In this document: positions 15,352 to 29,700 of the stretch, in pieces
How positions within the stretch are numbered: the first letter of the stretch is position 1
Layout of the letters: each line of letters opens with the position of its first letter
Assembly (NCBI GenBank): GCA_964016885.1
Contig: OZ024741.1
Location: 228,904,001-228,968,000 of the forward strand
Direction: 5' to 3'
Length of the DNA stretch: 64,000 nucleotides
From: Eledone cirrhosa
Taxonomy: Eukaryota
The notes under the pieces: generated by a model
What the model was told of the DNA's origin: nothing
What the model saw: only the letters and a program-made list of their open reading frames with translations
Databases searched by the model: none
Translations under genes and position numbers: made by a program

Positions 15352-16392
15352 GGGGGTGGTATATGTGTGTGTCTGATGGTAGCTAAGATGCTTCCATAGG
15401 CGGTATGCCGGTTGAGCACTCTATGCTCTTCCAGAGCCGAGTATGATAGAATAGAAAACGAAAAATCAGTGATGCATCTGAATTCAATTTATTGTGTGTT
15501 ACAATTGTTTCGCCGGCGGACAGCTCGAGACGCGATCATTGTACGGATCTGTTTGATTCTGGACCCGCAGGTTCGACGGACACGTCTAACGATTTCAGAG
15601 CATATTTTCTCATTGGGGTTTCTGACCTAGCTAAAGGCATGCGACGGAGCGTACGTCGACCAGAGCGGCGAAACGGGTTCAAGGGATCAGACACCATACC
15701 CTGTTGACTATATATGCCCCGTGGAGTAAGCCGAAATAACCCAGGATGCCTACCCGTCTCTGCACGTCACCCTAGGCAAAAAACATCGCCTGAGCCGGGA
15801 AAGGCTGATCCGGATTCCATTGATATTCAATCAAATGCCTTACACCAATAAGACACTATACCTCTACCACAGTGACATACTCCAGTATGGCCGGTCCACG
15901 CACCCCCCTGCATGTGTATCTTTTCAGTAGAGAGTGCATACTCTCCACGCATTCCATTTTGTAACACCTAATGTATTTTCCGTATACAGACCCACGTGTG
16001 TATCTCATACTTCTCTTGTGTACTATCTCATATGCATACACGTTCCTCCTTTTTCTTTTTTATATATATTCTGCACGCATTTTCTATGTACGGTCTGCGC
16101 ATACTATTTACTGTAATACCATGAACGCCCATTATGTGGCTTTGCTCGAGGATTCCATACGTGGATAGATCCATGTTCGCAACGTAACAACCCTCTGTAG
16201 GCACATATAACAAGGTGCACCCTTTGATGTATAGCCTACTGTGTATCTTTATGTGCCGTTATATGTATATAACGTTATATGTATATATATATAACGTTAT
16301 ATGTATATAACGTTATATGTATATAACGTTATATGTATATAACGTTATATGTATATAATCTCCTCTTGCCCTCATTCCTACCATCATCCCAA

Positions 16393-16782
16393 TGGCGGTG
16401 GATTGGCAGTATCGGTAAGGGTCGGACGCCATGCTTTGAAGCATAGAGTTACCTCCCTTTATGATCTGAGTTCAAATCCCGCCGAGGTTGACTTTGCCTT
16501 TCATCCTTACGGGGTCGATAAAATAAAGTACCAGTAATGCACTGGAATAATTGCTGGCCTTGTGCCAAAAGTAGAAACAGTTATATGTATATAAGGGCGG
16601 TGGATTGGCAGTATCGGTAGAGGGTCGGACGCCATGCTTTCCAGCATAGTTACGTCCCTTTACGATCTGAGTTCAAATCCCGCCGAGGTTGACTTTGCCT
16701 TTCATCCTTACGGGGTCGATAAAATAAAGTACCAGTAATGCACTGGGTCATTGCTGGCCTTGTGCCTAAAGTAGAAACAGTT
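16393..16782 (+). mobile_element. Two tandem SINE family B copies
   Basis: Full copies at 16393-16580 and 16595-16780; gttatatgtatata duplicated around the second. Confidence 0.9.
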
Positions 16783-16846
16783 ATATGTATATATTTTTGT
16801 ATGACCCACTGTGTAGCTTTATATGACTTTGTGTGTATATACTTTT

Positions 16847-16882
<36 letters not shown>

Positions 16883-17716
16883 ATGCGTGCGCGATGTGTA
16901 TATGAATATGCGCATATTTGTAAGAGCGTATATGAACCAGTGTGTGTGTGTGTATGTACAAGCACCCGTGTAGTGTAGGGAAAATGCTTGCTTGTATGTA
17001 TATATGTGTGTTTGCGAGCGAGTGTGTATCTCTGTGTGTATATATGTATATTGGTACGTGTATATATGTGTGTGCGTGGGTGGAGGGGGGTGGGTCTATG
17101 TATATGTCTGTACGTGTTTGTGTGTACGGGTATGAATGTAGGCTTGTGGGCATGTGTCTGTGTATGTACGTGCCTCTCTGGATGCATGTATGCGTATGTT
17201 TATATGTTTATATGTTCTCCTTAAATGTGTATGTATATTGGGCGTCTATGCCTACGACTGTCGTTATCTGTGTGATTGTGTGTGTGTGTGCGTCCGCGAG
17301 CGTATGCGCGCGCGCGCGTGTGGATGTGTGAACAACCTAACACAGCAGTAATTTATTGAAGTGTAGCAGACATGGGACAGCTAACGCCCTGATGGTCAGC
17401 GGACTGGTACCTGTGATCAGAATTATGATGACGTAGACAACCAGCGGCCAATCACAGGACGCGCGAAGAGGATGAAGTTTTTGACGGTACTGGCCCAGAG
17501 GGTCAGATACCCCAGTGAGAGAATGTGCTCCGAAATCATTAGACGTGTCCGTCGAACCTGCGGTTCCAGAATCAGACAGATCCACACAATGATCGCGTCC
17601 CCAGCTGTCCGCCGGCGAAACAATTGTAACACACAATAAATGAAGTTTAGATGCATCACTGATTTTTCGTTTTCTATTCTATATATATATATATGTTTGT
17701 GTGTATGTGTGTGTGC

Positions 17717-17747
<31 letters not shown>

Positions 17748-18482
17748 AAACAAATTTAATATAGAAATGGCTTCTACAAAACTAAAACTGTTTCATTCCT
17801 GTAAATGCCATTTCTATATTAAATTTGTTGTATATACTCCACTAATGTATTGAGCAGCTTACTTACTGTGGTTCACCCGGGATTCATATATATATATATG
17901 TGTTGTGTATGTGTGTGTGTACGTCTGTGTGTGTACGTGTGAGTGTGTGTGTGTCTGTTGGTGTTAATTACATTATTTTTCTTCCAGGTCAGCCCCATCT
18001 TCCTCTCCCCACTTCTACATATAATCCACCCACTTCTCTCTTGCCCTCATTTCTACCATCATCCCTGCCATCATTACCTCCATAATCCTCAACATAATCA
18101 TCACCATTACCATCATCATTATAAGAAGGACAACAACAACAGCAGTGGCATTGTTTTATGAGATGTTTGATATAAGCTGTTTCATATAACACTAATACTC
18201 CCCCAACATCACATCCATCCACCCATCCTATGTCACCATTATTCCCTTACCCCACCATTACACCATCTCACATCATCATCACTACTCTCAATACAACCAA
18301 ATTCCTTTATATACTGCAATATGTCAAGTTGCACCTTTGCACTTAATGGAATCTACACAACAACGGTTAGGTGGTGTTGGTCTTAGAAAAAGTGAAAATG
18401 GTGGTGGTGTTAGTAGTGGTGGGATGTTCGTGGTGTGGAGGGGTGTTAATGTGTTTGTTGTGGTGCTGATGATGGTTTAAGT

Positions 18483-19463
18483 CAGAGCTTATCAAAGTGG
18501 GCGCTACCTCACCCCCGGAACATTGATAAGGTCCAGGAGGGCCCTAGGGCCTAAGGGGGCGGCGAGAAGTTAGAGATGATTTAGTAGTATATTAAATATT
18601 AAATGATATATATTATAAGTATAGTAAAATAAAAAAAATATATAATATTTATTTATACGTAGTATATTTTATATTATTTATTATATACAAATTAACGATT
18701 TTATCACTTCTACGCAGTATCTGTAGAGGATCGGACTCCATGCTTTGCAGCATAGAGTTACGGCCCATTACAGCCTGAGTTCAAATCCCGCCGAGGTTAA
18801 CTTTGCCTTTTATCCTTACGGGGGTCGATAAAATAAAATACCGGTCACGCACTGGAGTCGATTTAATGGACTTTCCCCTCCCGCCAATTCACTGGCCTTG
18901 TGCCTATACTAGAAATCATTATATATAAATTAACGGGCGGTGGATTGGCAGTATCGGTAGAGGGTCAGACGTCATGCTTTCCAGCATAGTTACGTCCCTT
19001 TACGATCTGAGTTCAAATCCCGCCGAGGTTGACTTTGCCTTTCATCCTTACGGGGTCGATAAAATAAAGTACCAGTAATGTACTGGGTAAGTGCTGGCCT
19101 TGTGCCAAAAAGTAGAAACAATTATATATAAATTAACGAGTTTATTAATTATTGGCAGTATCGGTAGATGATCGGATGTCATGCTTTGCAGCGTAGAGTT
19201 ACGTCCCTTTACGGCCTGAGTTTAAATCCCAACGAGGTTAACTTTGCCTTTCAGCCTTACGGGGTCGATAAAATAAGTACCAGTATAAAACAAAGTTCCG
19301 CACTGGGATAATTGCTGGCCTTGTGCCAAAAGTAGAAACGATTATTTATATATTATTTGCAATTTGCGTGTAGGTAGGTCTCCCTGGAAATAGGGTAGGG
19401 GTGCTGAGGGTGTTACGTGGCGGCGAGAGGGAGGCGGTGGCCCATAAAGTTTGAGAACCTCTG
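18483..19463. mobile_element. hAT-type MITE with 8-bp TSD, containing three SINE B copies
   Basis: TIRs cagagcttatcaaa / tttgagaacctctg; TSD gtttaagt (18475-18482) / gtttaaat (19464-19471); SINEs at about 18714, 18935 and 19152. Confidence 0.7.
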
Positions 19464-19849
19464 GTTTAAATGATAATAGTGATTGCATTGGTGATGGCGA
19501 TAGCGACGATGATGGTGATAGTGGTGGTGATAATGGAGGTGATGTGTTGTGTGTTGGTATACAATTTGGGGGTGATTGCGGTGATGTTAGTGATGGTGAT
19601 GATGGTTTTGGTGGTAATAATGATGGTGATGGTGGTGGTGATATTGACGGGGAGAATGGCCATCCTGTGCGGTGTGTTGGTGATTACGGTGAGGATAATG
19701 GCGAAGTTAGTGGTGTAGTGAAGGCCAACTGACACATATTTTCTCTATTTATCTGTTTGTCTCCTTATATATTAATGTGTGTGTGAGTATCGGTGCATTT
19801 ATAGGCGTGTGAGCGTGTTTTTATGCATACATGCATGTATATATGTATA

Positions 19850-20194
19850 GTGAAGGCGCATAGCTTAGTGGTTAGAGCGTCGGGCTTACAATCGTCAGGT
19901 TGTGAGTTCGATTTTCGGGCCGGGCTATGCGTTGTGTTCTTGAGTAAAACACATTACTTCACGTTGCTCCAGTTCATTCAGCTGTAGAAATGAGTTACGA
20001 CGTCACTGGTGCCAAGCTCTATTGGCCATTGCCTTTCCCTTGGACAACATCAGTGGCGTGGAGAGGGGGGACTGGTATGCATGGACGACTGCTGGTCTTC
20101 CACAAACAACCTTTCCTGGTCTTGTGCCTCGGAGGGAAACTTTATAGGTGCAAATCCCATAGTCATTTGTGACCGAAGGGGGTCTTTACTTTTA
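19850..20194 (+). mobile_element. tRNA-derived SINE family A, full length
   Basis: A box tagcttagtggttagagc, B box gagttcgatt, then ttgagtaaaacacattacttcacgttgctccagttcattcagctgt core. Confidence 0.85.
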
Positions 20195-20242
20195 TGTATG
20201 CATGTATGTATGTATGTATAGATAGATAGATAGATAGATAGA

Positions 20243-21767
20243 TATGTTTCTTTATTTGCTACAAGGGCACAAAAAGATGGGGACAAATAATACAGAGTGA
20301 GGAGTTTACATACATGCGTGTAAAAAATAGAATTAATAAAAATAACAAACAAATAACAATTAACAATTGAAATCCCCAATAGGGAGGAGGCATTACACAT
20401 GGGTTGTACACACCCCGAAAAAATGTACAACCCTCATCTCCAGGAGCACGAAGAGTGAGCGCTCCTTTCCTCTCTTCCTCTTTTTCCTCAACCTACAGGT
20501 TTATATAAAGAGAAGGCCCAACCACTCGGGCCATCCTTGCCACATTCACCCACCTTTTGTAAAATATGCTGGGGTGCAGCACCTCTCTCTCCCCTCTGAT
20601 TCTACTTCTAAAATGATATTTTAAGAAGCGAACCAGTTGTTCGCCGGAGAGAAAGGTGTCCGACCTCAGCCCTTTCAGTCTCGTCCACCATATAGCGTCT
20701 TTCACCATAGCCATTACACAGAGAAAAACCGCCTCTCCTTCGTTTTTGAAGGAAGGTGGCGGTTTGATCGCAATAATGGACTCGGTTTTCAACCGGATTT
20801 GTCCCACCCGCGACAGTAGTCGTTCTGCATAGCTCCACTGGTCGGTAACGCTGGGGCAGTATATGATTGCGTGCACGACAGTTCCCTCGTCCCGCACGCA
20901 TCTCGGACAGATCTTTTTAGAGAGATACCTGCCCGGGCGCCCATGTCTGTAGAGCTTGTCTCGAACGGGTAGAGCTCCTCAGTAGCACTGCCAGGCCAGG
21001 GACTTTTGGAAGATGTCCATCGGTCCCGGGCGGAATGTCCTACCGAACAGACTGGCCAGTTAGTCTTCCTCTACGCCTAGAGTTTCTCCGAGAGTGTCGT
21101 CGCACTCGCTGCGGATCAACCCTTTATATAATGACGAGATGGAGCCTCCACTGATCGCCGGGTCTGTTTGCCAGAGGACTGTGAGCGCCTGAGCACATTC
21201 AATGTGCCAGTCGCCCATTTTCCTCGGTCTTTGCTTGACGCAGGACTGTAGCTCGGTCAGCGGTAAGGCTCGCCTCACGAACGGGGCCCACACCGGTTGT
21301 TCGGTGAGGAATACGTGGAGGTGCCGCGGCCTGAGTGCCTGTTTACGCATCGTCAGCCACGGCAACCCCAGCCCCCCGTTTGAAGAGTGTTGACAGCAGA
21401 TGCATCTTCTCACCAAAGGAGCCGGCTTCTTCCAAAGGAATTGGAAGAGCGCGCGCTCCATTTTGGTGAGCGTTTTACTTGGACAAGGCACGACGGTCAA
21501 GCGGTAATAGATGACGGACGCTATGAAAGCGTTCGCCACCTCCGCTCGACCTTTCAAGTGGGCACTCGGCCCACTTCTGGGCGAGCGCAAACACCTTGGC
21601 CGTCACCTCGTTCCAGTTTTTCTCAACATGGAGGTCCGGTCCGAACCAGACCCCAAGCAGCTTCACCGGTCTCTCCGTCCAGCGTCCGACGACGACGTCA
21701 GAAGGCATCGGTTTGCCTCTCCACGATCCGAGTAGCAAACCGACGGACTTGTCCCGGTTCAACTTCA
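20243..21767 (-). mobile_element. 5'-truncated L1/Tx1-like LINE (end of RT, C-terminal domain, 3' UTR), frameshifted
   Basis: ORFs KLNRDKSVGLLLGSW, VKLLGVWFG, GGLGLP, HAIIYCP; homologous to the 3' part of 26796-30345. Confidence 0.9.
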
Positions 21768-22185
21768 CAGACAGACAGATAGGACAGACATAAAGATAGA
21801 GAGAGTGAGAGATAGTAGATATTTCTTTAATGAACGTAATCGCCAGTTAGACTGAATATGTGTACGTGCCCGGGCTATCTTAGAGCTAACAGCAAAAAGC
21901 GGTGTGCAGTGGAGTCGACATTGGGGTTGTGATTGTGAGGCAACTTTCTTAACCACTAACAAAATATCACACATATAAACATCTAAAGACGTCCATAATT
22001 GCAGATGTGTCATCAGATATGATGTTTCAATTTGTAGAATATTTTACCGCTAACACACACACGCACACACTCAATGTGTGTATCCCGGGTTTAATCGGGA
22101 GTAACCAGAGTAAGTATGGGGCTTTGCAGATGATTTCCTTCGAGTGAAACAGTTCTATTTCTGGAGAAGCCATCGCTCTCTCTCC

Positions 22186-23310
<1,125 letters not shown>

Positions 23311-23312
23311 TA

Positions 23313-23372
<60 letters not shown>

Positions 23373-23661
23373 AGTAGTGGCAGTAGTTGTACAGATTAAA
23401 TGTCTGAGATCATCCTGTTCAGGGTGAAAGTAAAAATGCATTGCTTAAACTTTCAATCTGTACTAATAATATATATTTATTCTACGGGTTTGTATATACG
23501 TATAAATATATATATATATAAAACCCTTTCGAGTCCTCTTTGGATTTTGGTTTTTGTATTTAATGTTACTATAATTACTATATATACATATAAGTGTGTG
23601 CGTGTATAGACCTTAGACACACACACACACACACACTTATACATATATTGTATATATATAT

Positions 23662-23704
<43 letters not shown>

Positions 23705-23705
23705 T

Positions 23706-23952
23706 TCAAGGCGTGCAAAATTCCCAAGATCCATGGTCTCTGTCCCTAATTATCGCTGCCATGTCCTGCGTCTCCAACAGACCAGTGTCTGTCCTTAGGG
23801 CATCAACATACGTTAACCCTGGTCTTCCACTTCCAGTGTGTCCATGTAGGGTCTCCCACAGGAGCACGGAGTGCAATATCAACTCTGGATGTCGGTGAGC
23901 ATGTCCAGCTAACCTCAGTCTCCTCTGTGTCACTTTTGAGCTAGCTTTTGGG
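23706..23952 (-). mobile_element. RTE-type LINE 3' fragment
   Basis: RRLRLAGHAHRHPE...LLWE...GRPGLTYVDAL...DR, typical RTE C-terminus. Confidence 0.8.
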
Positions 23953-23957
23953 ATATA

Positions 23958-24027
<70 letters not shown>

Positions 24028-24218
24028 AAGAGAGAAAGAGGGAGGTAGAGAGGGGAAAGAGAGAATGATTTATTACATGAACAATACATTATCCGAATAC
24101 GTGTTCATCTGTTCGGCCATATTGAAAACAATTCGCCACCCGGATTGAGTGCTCTATCTACTTGGATATTTACTATTTATACACACACACACACACACAC
24201 GCACACACACGCACACAC

Positions 24219-24281
<63 letters not shown>

Positions 24282-24426
24282 AACGTAATATTTTTATATC
24301 ATAAACGGATAAAAATAAAGAAAATAGATTTATTTAAATTTTAACTGTTTCACAGTCTAATGATTTTGAAATGTTACGGTAGACGAATAGACAAGTGTGG
24401 CTATGCGGTGATGTGTCTCGTATTCC

Positions 24427-24464
<38 letters not shown>

Positions 24465-24527
24465 AATGTATAGGAATGCGAGACACATCACCGCATAACC
24501 ACACATGTTTATTATTTCCTCATAGTT

Positions 24528-24561
<34 letters not shown>

Positions 24562-24656
24562 TACATACATAGACAAATATATATGCAAATATGCACATGT
24601 GTGGATGAGTGGGCAGTGGACATATATGTACATATATATATACTTATATATATATA

Positions 24657-24699
<43 letters not shown>

Positions 24700-24867
24700 A
24701 TGTATGTATATATATAGAGGTAGTGTGGTGGTCTGGCGATCTAGTCGTAAGATCTAAACAGCACTTCCTCATGCACAGACACGCAATGTCTACCTTAGAA
24801 ACTTTCATACCTACTAACTTTAACAATGCATTTCCTATATAGGAATTCAGTCAGTCACTGGTGATTG

Positions 24868-24898
<31 letters not shown>

Positions 24899-25357
24899 GA
24901 AGTGCGGGACGACGAAGATAGTATTCAATAATGGCTAATGGGGGGGGGGGGCTGATGGTAGTAGTCGTAGTAGTAGGAGTAGAGTTCATGGTAGATGGGG
25001 GTGCCGTTGTGAGTGAATGGTACCGTGGTTGGTGTGTGAGGTGTAAAGTTAAGATGGGAGGATCTATAATAAAGACAAACCTGATCGACATATACATATT
25101 TGTACACACCCACCTATATACAAACACTCAACGGCTAATGCTAATAGACTTATATACATATATACACAAACATACACATATGCACATATGTATGTGTGTG
25201 TTTGTGAGGGGATAACAGAAAAAACTGTGTGTGTGCGTACGCCCTTTTACATTTCTATATAAAATAAATATGTCTTCACTCTACCAACGTATTAAGTACC
25301 TTTCTTAACTGTGGTAACCTCCAAACACCAACTGAGAAGCCTACATATATATATATA

Positions 25358-25541
25358 GTAATTGTTTCTACTTTTGGCACAAGGCCAGCAATTACCCAGT
25401 GCATTACTGGTACTTTATTTTATCGACCCCGTAAGGATGAAAGGCAAAGTTAACCTCAGCGGGATTTGAACTCAGAATGGCAAGGGCCGTAGCTCTATGC
25501 GTCGAAGCATGGCGTCCGACCTTCTACCGATACTGCCAATA
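25358..25541 (-). mobile_element. SINE family B
   Basis: Reverse complement of the consensus. Confidence 0.85.
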
Positions 25542-25839
25542 GTAATAATAATAAATGGGAAGACTAAAATCCAAAGAGGGCTCGATAAGAATAAATATAT
25601 ATCAAATATATAAGAACCCTACTCCTACTACCTAGTTTCAGAAGAGCCTGTTAAGGGTGAAAGCAGTGATTCTTTACTTAAACTTTAATTTGTTATTTTA
25701 ATATATATATTATATATATATATTATATATATTATATAATATACATTATATACATATATATAATATATATATTATATATATAAATAAAAGGTATAGAAAA
25801 CATTGTAGCAATATATACATATATATATATATATACGTT

Positions 25840-26027
25840 ATTCCGGGTTGAATCGGAGGTAACCACAGTAAGTAAGGTACTCAATACATTGCAGAGTATA
25901 AAAGTTTTAATATAGATGAGATTCTACAGGACTAGAACTGTTTCATTCTTTAGAAATCATCAGGAATCCTGATGATTTCTAAAGAATGAAACAGTTCTAG
26001 TCCTGTAGAATCTCATCTATATTAAAA
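25840..26027. ncRNA. H2 hammerhead fold-back pair (head-to-head)
   Basis: Palindrome centred near 25966; minus strand reads ggattc CTGATGA tttctaaagaat GAAA cagttctagtcctgTA gaatct. Confidence 0.7.
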
Positions 26028-26218
26028 CATATATATATATATATATAATATATGGGGGGGGGGGTGTATACTGCTGATTCTCTCTCCTCCTGCTCCTCAT
26101 CCTACTATATATAAATAGATATATTACACATATATAGAAGCGCATATATGAATTGGCTGCGCCTGTGAATGTCGAAGTGTTACTGCCAATTCACATATAT
26201 ACGATATATATATATATA

Positions 26219-26280
<62 letters not shown>

Positions 26281-26448
26281 TCGTATATATGTTAATTGGC
26301 AGTAAAACTTTCACATTCGCACGCGTAGCCAATTCATATATGAATTATATGCATATATGAGTGTGTATATATATACATGAGTGTGTAATATATCTATTTA
26401 TATGTAGTAGGAGGAGAGAGAATTACCAGTATACCCCCCCCCCCCCCA

Positions 26449-26542
<94 letters not shown>

Positions 26543-26795
26543 CTTCTCGATGAGTGTTGGGAGGTGACCACAGATTTATATATATGTGTGAGTGTGTGTG
26601 TGCGTGTGTATCCATATGCAACTACTATATATATGTATATATATGTGTGTATGCGTGCGGGAGGGGGGGGGGTATCTGTCTGTGTATGAGCAGTGCAAAA
26701 TCAACAAAGAAAAACAGCGAAACAAACACAGAAGAAAATTACAGAAAGTGTTAAGTTCACACTTGTAAGAAATTGAATACAACATTCATATGTAG

Positions 26796-29700
26796 ATATG
26801 TTTCTTTATTGGCCACAGGGGCACAAAAGAAGGGGACAAATACAAAGGGGGAAGTTTACATACAATAAAAAAGTGTAAAATATTATCACAAATGTAATTT
26901 AAAAGTTAGTCGATTTTCCCCAATAGGGGGAGACATTACATATGGGTAACGCATACCCCCCCCCCCCCCAAAAAAAAAATGTGCAACCCTCATCTCCAGG
27001 AGTACGAAGAGTTTGTACTCCTTTCCTCTCCTCCTCTTTTTCCTCAACCTACAGGCTGATATAGAGAGAATGCCCATTCACTCGGGCCATTCTCGCCACT
27101 TTCACCCACCTTTCATAAAACTTGCTGGGGTACAGCACCTCTCTCTCCATCATGATTCTTCTTCCAAAGTGGTATTTGAAAGGTGTCTGACCTCAGCCCT
27201 TTCAACCTTGGCCACCATACAACCACTTTCGCCATAGCTATCACACAATGGGAAACCGCCTCTCCTTCGTTTTTGAAGGAGGGTGGCGGTTTGCTCATGA
27301 CAATGGACTCGGTGGTCAATCGGATTGGTCCCACCCGCGACAATAGTCGTTCTACATAGCCCCACATGTCGGTGACGCCCGGGCAGTGTATGAATGCGTG
27401 CGCGACGTTTCTTCGTCTCGCACGCAACTCGGACAGCTCTGTTTTGCAGGGTCCCTGCTCGGGCGCCCATGTCTGTAGAGCTTGTCTCGAAGTGGTAGAG
27501 CTCTCGAACTCCAGGGACTTTTAGAAGTTGTCCATCGGTCCCGGCGGAACGTCCTACCGAACGCACTGGCCAGTTCGTCTTCCTCTACGCCTAGAGTTTT
27601 ACCGAGCACGTCGTCGAACTTGCTGCGGATCAACCCTCTATAGAATGACGAAGTGGAGTCTCCACTGATCGCCGGCTCCGCCTGCCAGAGGGCTGTGAGC
27701 GCCTGAGCACATTCGATGTGCCAGTCGCCCATTTTCCTCGGTCTTTGCTTGACTGTTTTCGCATCGTCAGCCACGGCTCCCCAGCCCTCCGTTGGAAGGG
27801 TGTTGGCAGCAGATGGATCTTCTCACCAAAGGAGCCCGCCTCTTCCAAAGGAATTGGAAGAGCGCGCGCTCCATTTTGGTGAGCGTTTTCGCTGGACAAG
27901 GCACAACGGTCAAGCGGTGGTAGATGGCGGACGCTATAAAAGTGTCGCCACCTCCGCTCGACCATTCAAGGATAGTTTGCACTCGGCCCACTTCTGGGTG
28001 AGTGCAAACACCTTGGCTGACACCTCGTTCCAGTTCTTCTCCACCTGGAGGTTAGGACCAAACCAGACCCTGAGTAGCTTTACTGGTCCTTCCGTCCAGC
28101 GTCCGACGACGCAATCGGAAGGCATCGGTTTGCTTCTCCAGGATCCGAGTTGCAAACCGATGGACTTGTCCCGGTTCAGCTTCGCTCCTGTGAACATTTC
28201 GTATTCCTTCAGTAAGGTGCCGACTTCCTCGATTTGCGAGGCGCTCGACACCACTATTGTTACGTCGTCGGCGTAGGCCGACGCCGCTTTCCGCAGTCCC
28301 AGTTCCAGAGGGATGCCCTGCAATAGTTCCAACTTCCGCAGTAGTGGCTCGAGAGTCAGTACGTACAGAAGGGAGGAGAGAGCGAATCTCTGTCGAATGG
28401 ATCGCGTAATATGGAACGGCTCCGAGAACTAGCCGTTCACCTTAACCCTTGAGCAAATGTTGCTGTTGTGCATTGCAGCAATCCAGCCCCTGAACACTGG
28501 GCCGAAGCCTGCTGCCTCGAGCACCGCATCCAGGTAACGATGCTCAACACTATCGAAAGCCTTAGACTGATCAAAGTTGATCAGGGCCCCACCGAAGCCG
28601 GGTTTACACCCTACCCTCTCTATGATGTATCGCATGAGGTGGAGGTTGTCGTGTATGGACCTGGTCGGGATTGCATATGTCTGCACTTCTCCCACCAGGT
28701 TCTCAACGACAAGCGCCAGCCTCTTTGCCAACACCTTGACCAAAATCTGTAACTCTGTGTTTAGCAGAGTTATGGGCCGGCAGTTGCTTATGTCATCCCC
28801 CTTATTCTCGTCCTTCATTACTAGTGTGACTACGCCGCCGGTCACAGAACTGGGAATTCTCCCGTTCTGTTGCCAGTTGCAGTAGACCGCTTCTAGGAGA
28901 CCGGAGAATAAGTCCGGCATTGCTACGTAAAATTCGTAGGGTAGACCGTCGATACCTGGAGATTTGCGTTTGCCGCATTGGCTCAGCGCGTCCCCTATCT
29001 CAGCGGCTGAAATAGGCTTTTAGCTGAACTTTGCCTCGCTGTCGAAGAGTCACAGTAGGCCGTCGAGGTATGGACCGAAATTCATAGCCCCTCCCGGCAC
29101 GCCGCCCTGCCCTAACAGTTGAGCAAAGTGCCGCTGAAAGGCCGCACACATCTGCTTCGGCTCACGTATCACGCGCCCGTTTTGGTCTTTCAAAGACCGA
29201 TTCGTGGACGTGTTGCCACTTTTTGCCTCCGTCACTCGGGCCCAACTAACAGCTTTGGCTCCCTCGTTTCCCAGAGCACGTATTTTGATTCTGACAACGC
29301 AGCCCTCATGCTTTGCGTCGAAGAACTGGTCCAAGGCCGTTCTCGTTGCTAGCACGCTGGCTACGTTGCCACATTTAATTGCCTCTTCTACTTTATCTAC
29401 TAGTTCTTTCTCGGTTCTATTTCTATCTAACGCTAATTCTTTACTAAAATTTAACGAGTCTAATCTAACTGCCCTCTTGAGAGAGTACCACCATCTGTTG
29501 TTGATAATGGCCTCTGTCAAGTGCTGTTTAACTAAATTGCTAATCCGTCTACTGTAGGCGTTGCATGTCGGTAACGATAAGTTCAGCTTCCAGTAGCCGG
29601 GTCCTTGTCTATGGGTTCTATCAAGGTTGACCATGCAGGTCACTAGTTTGTGATCTGAATAGGCAACCATGAACATTTGTGGACAGCTTAACATGTCCCT

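Noticed and set aside
16257-16357. Regularly repeated 16-bp near-palindrome (CRISPR-like?)
   Set aside because: No spacers, eukaryotic context; a simple minisatellite
19850-19925. tRNA-like sequences
   Set aside because: SINE heads with A/B boxes, no complete cloverleaf, continuing into SINE bodies
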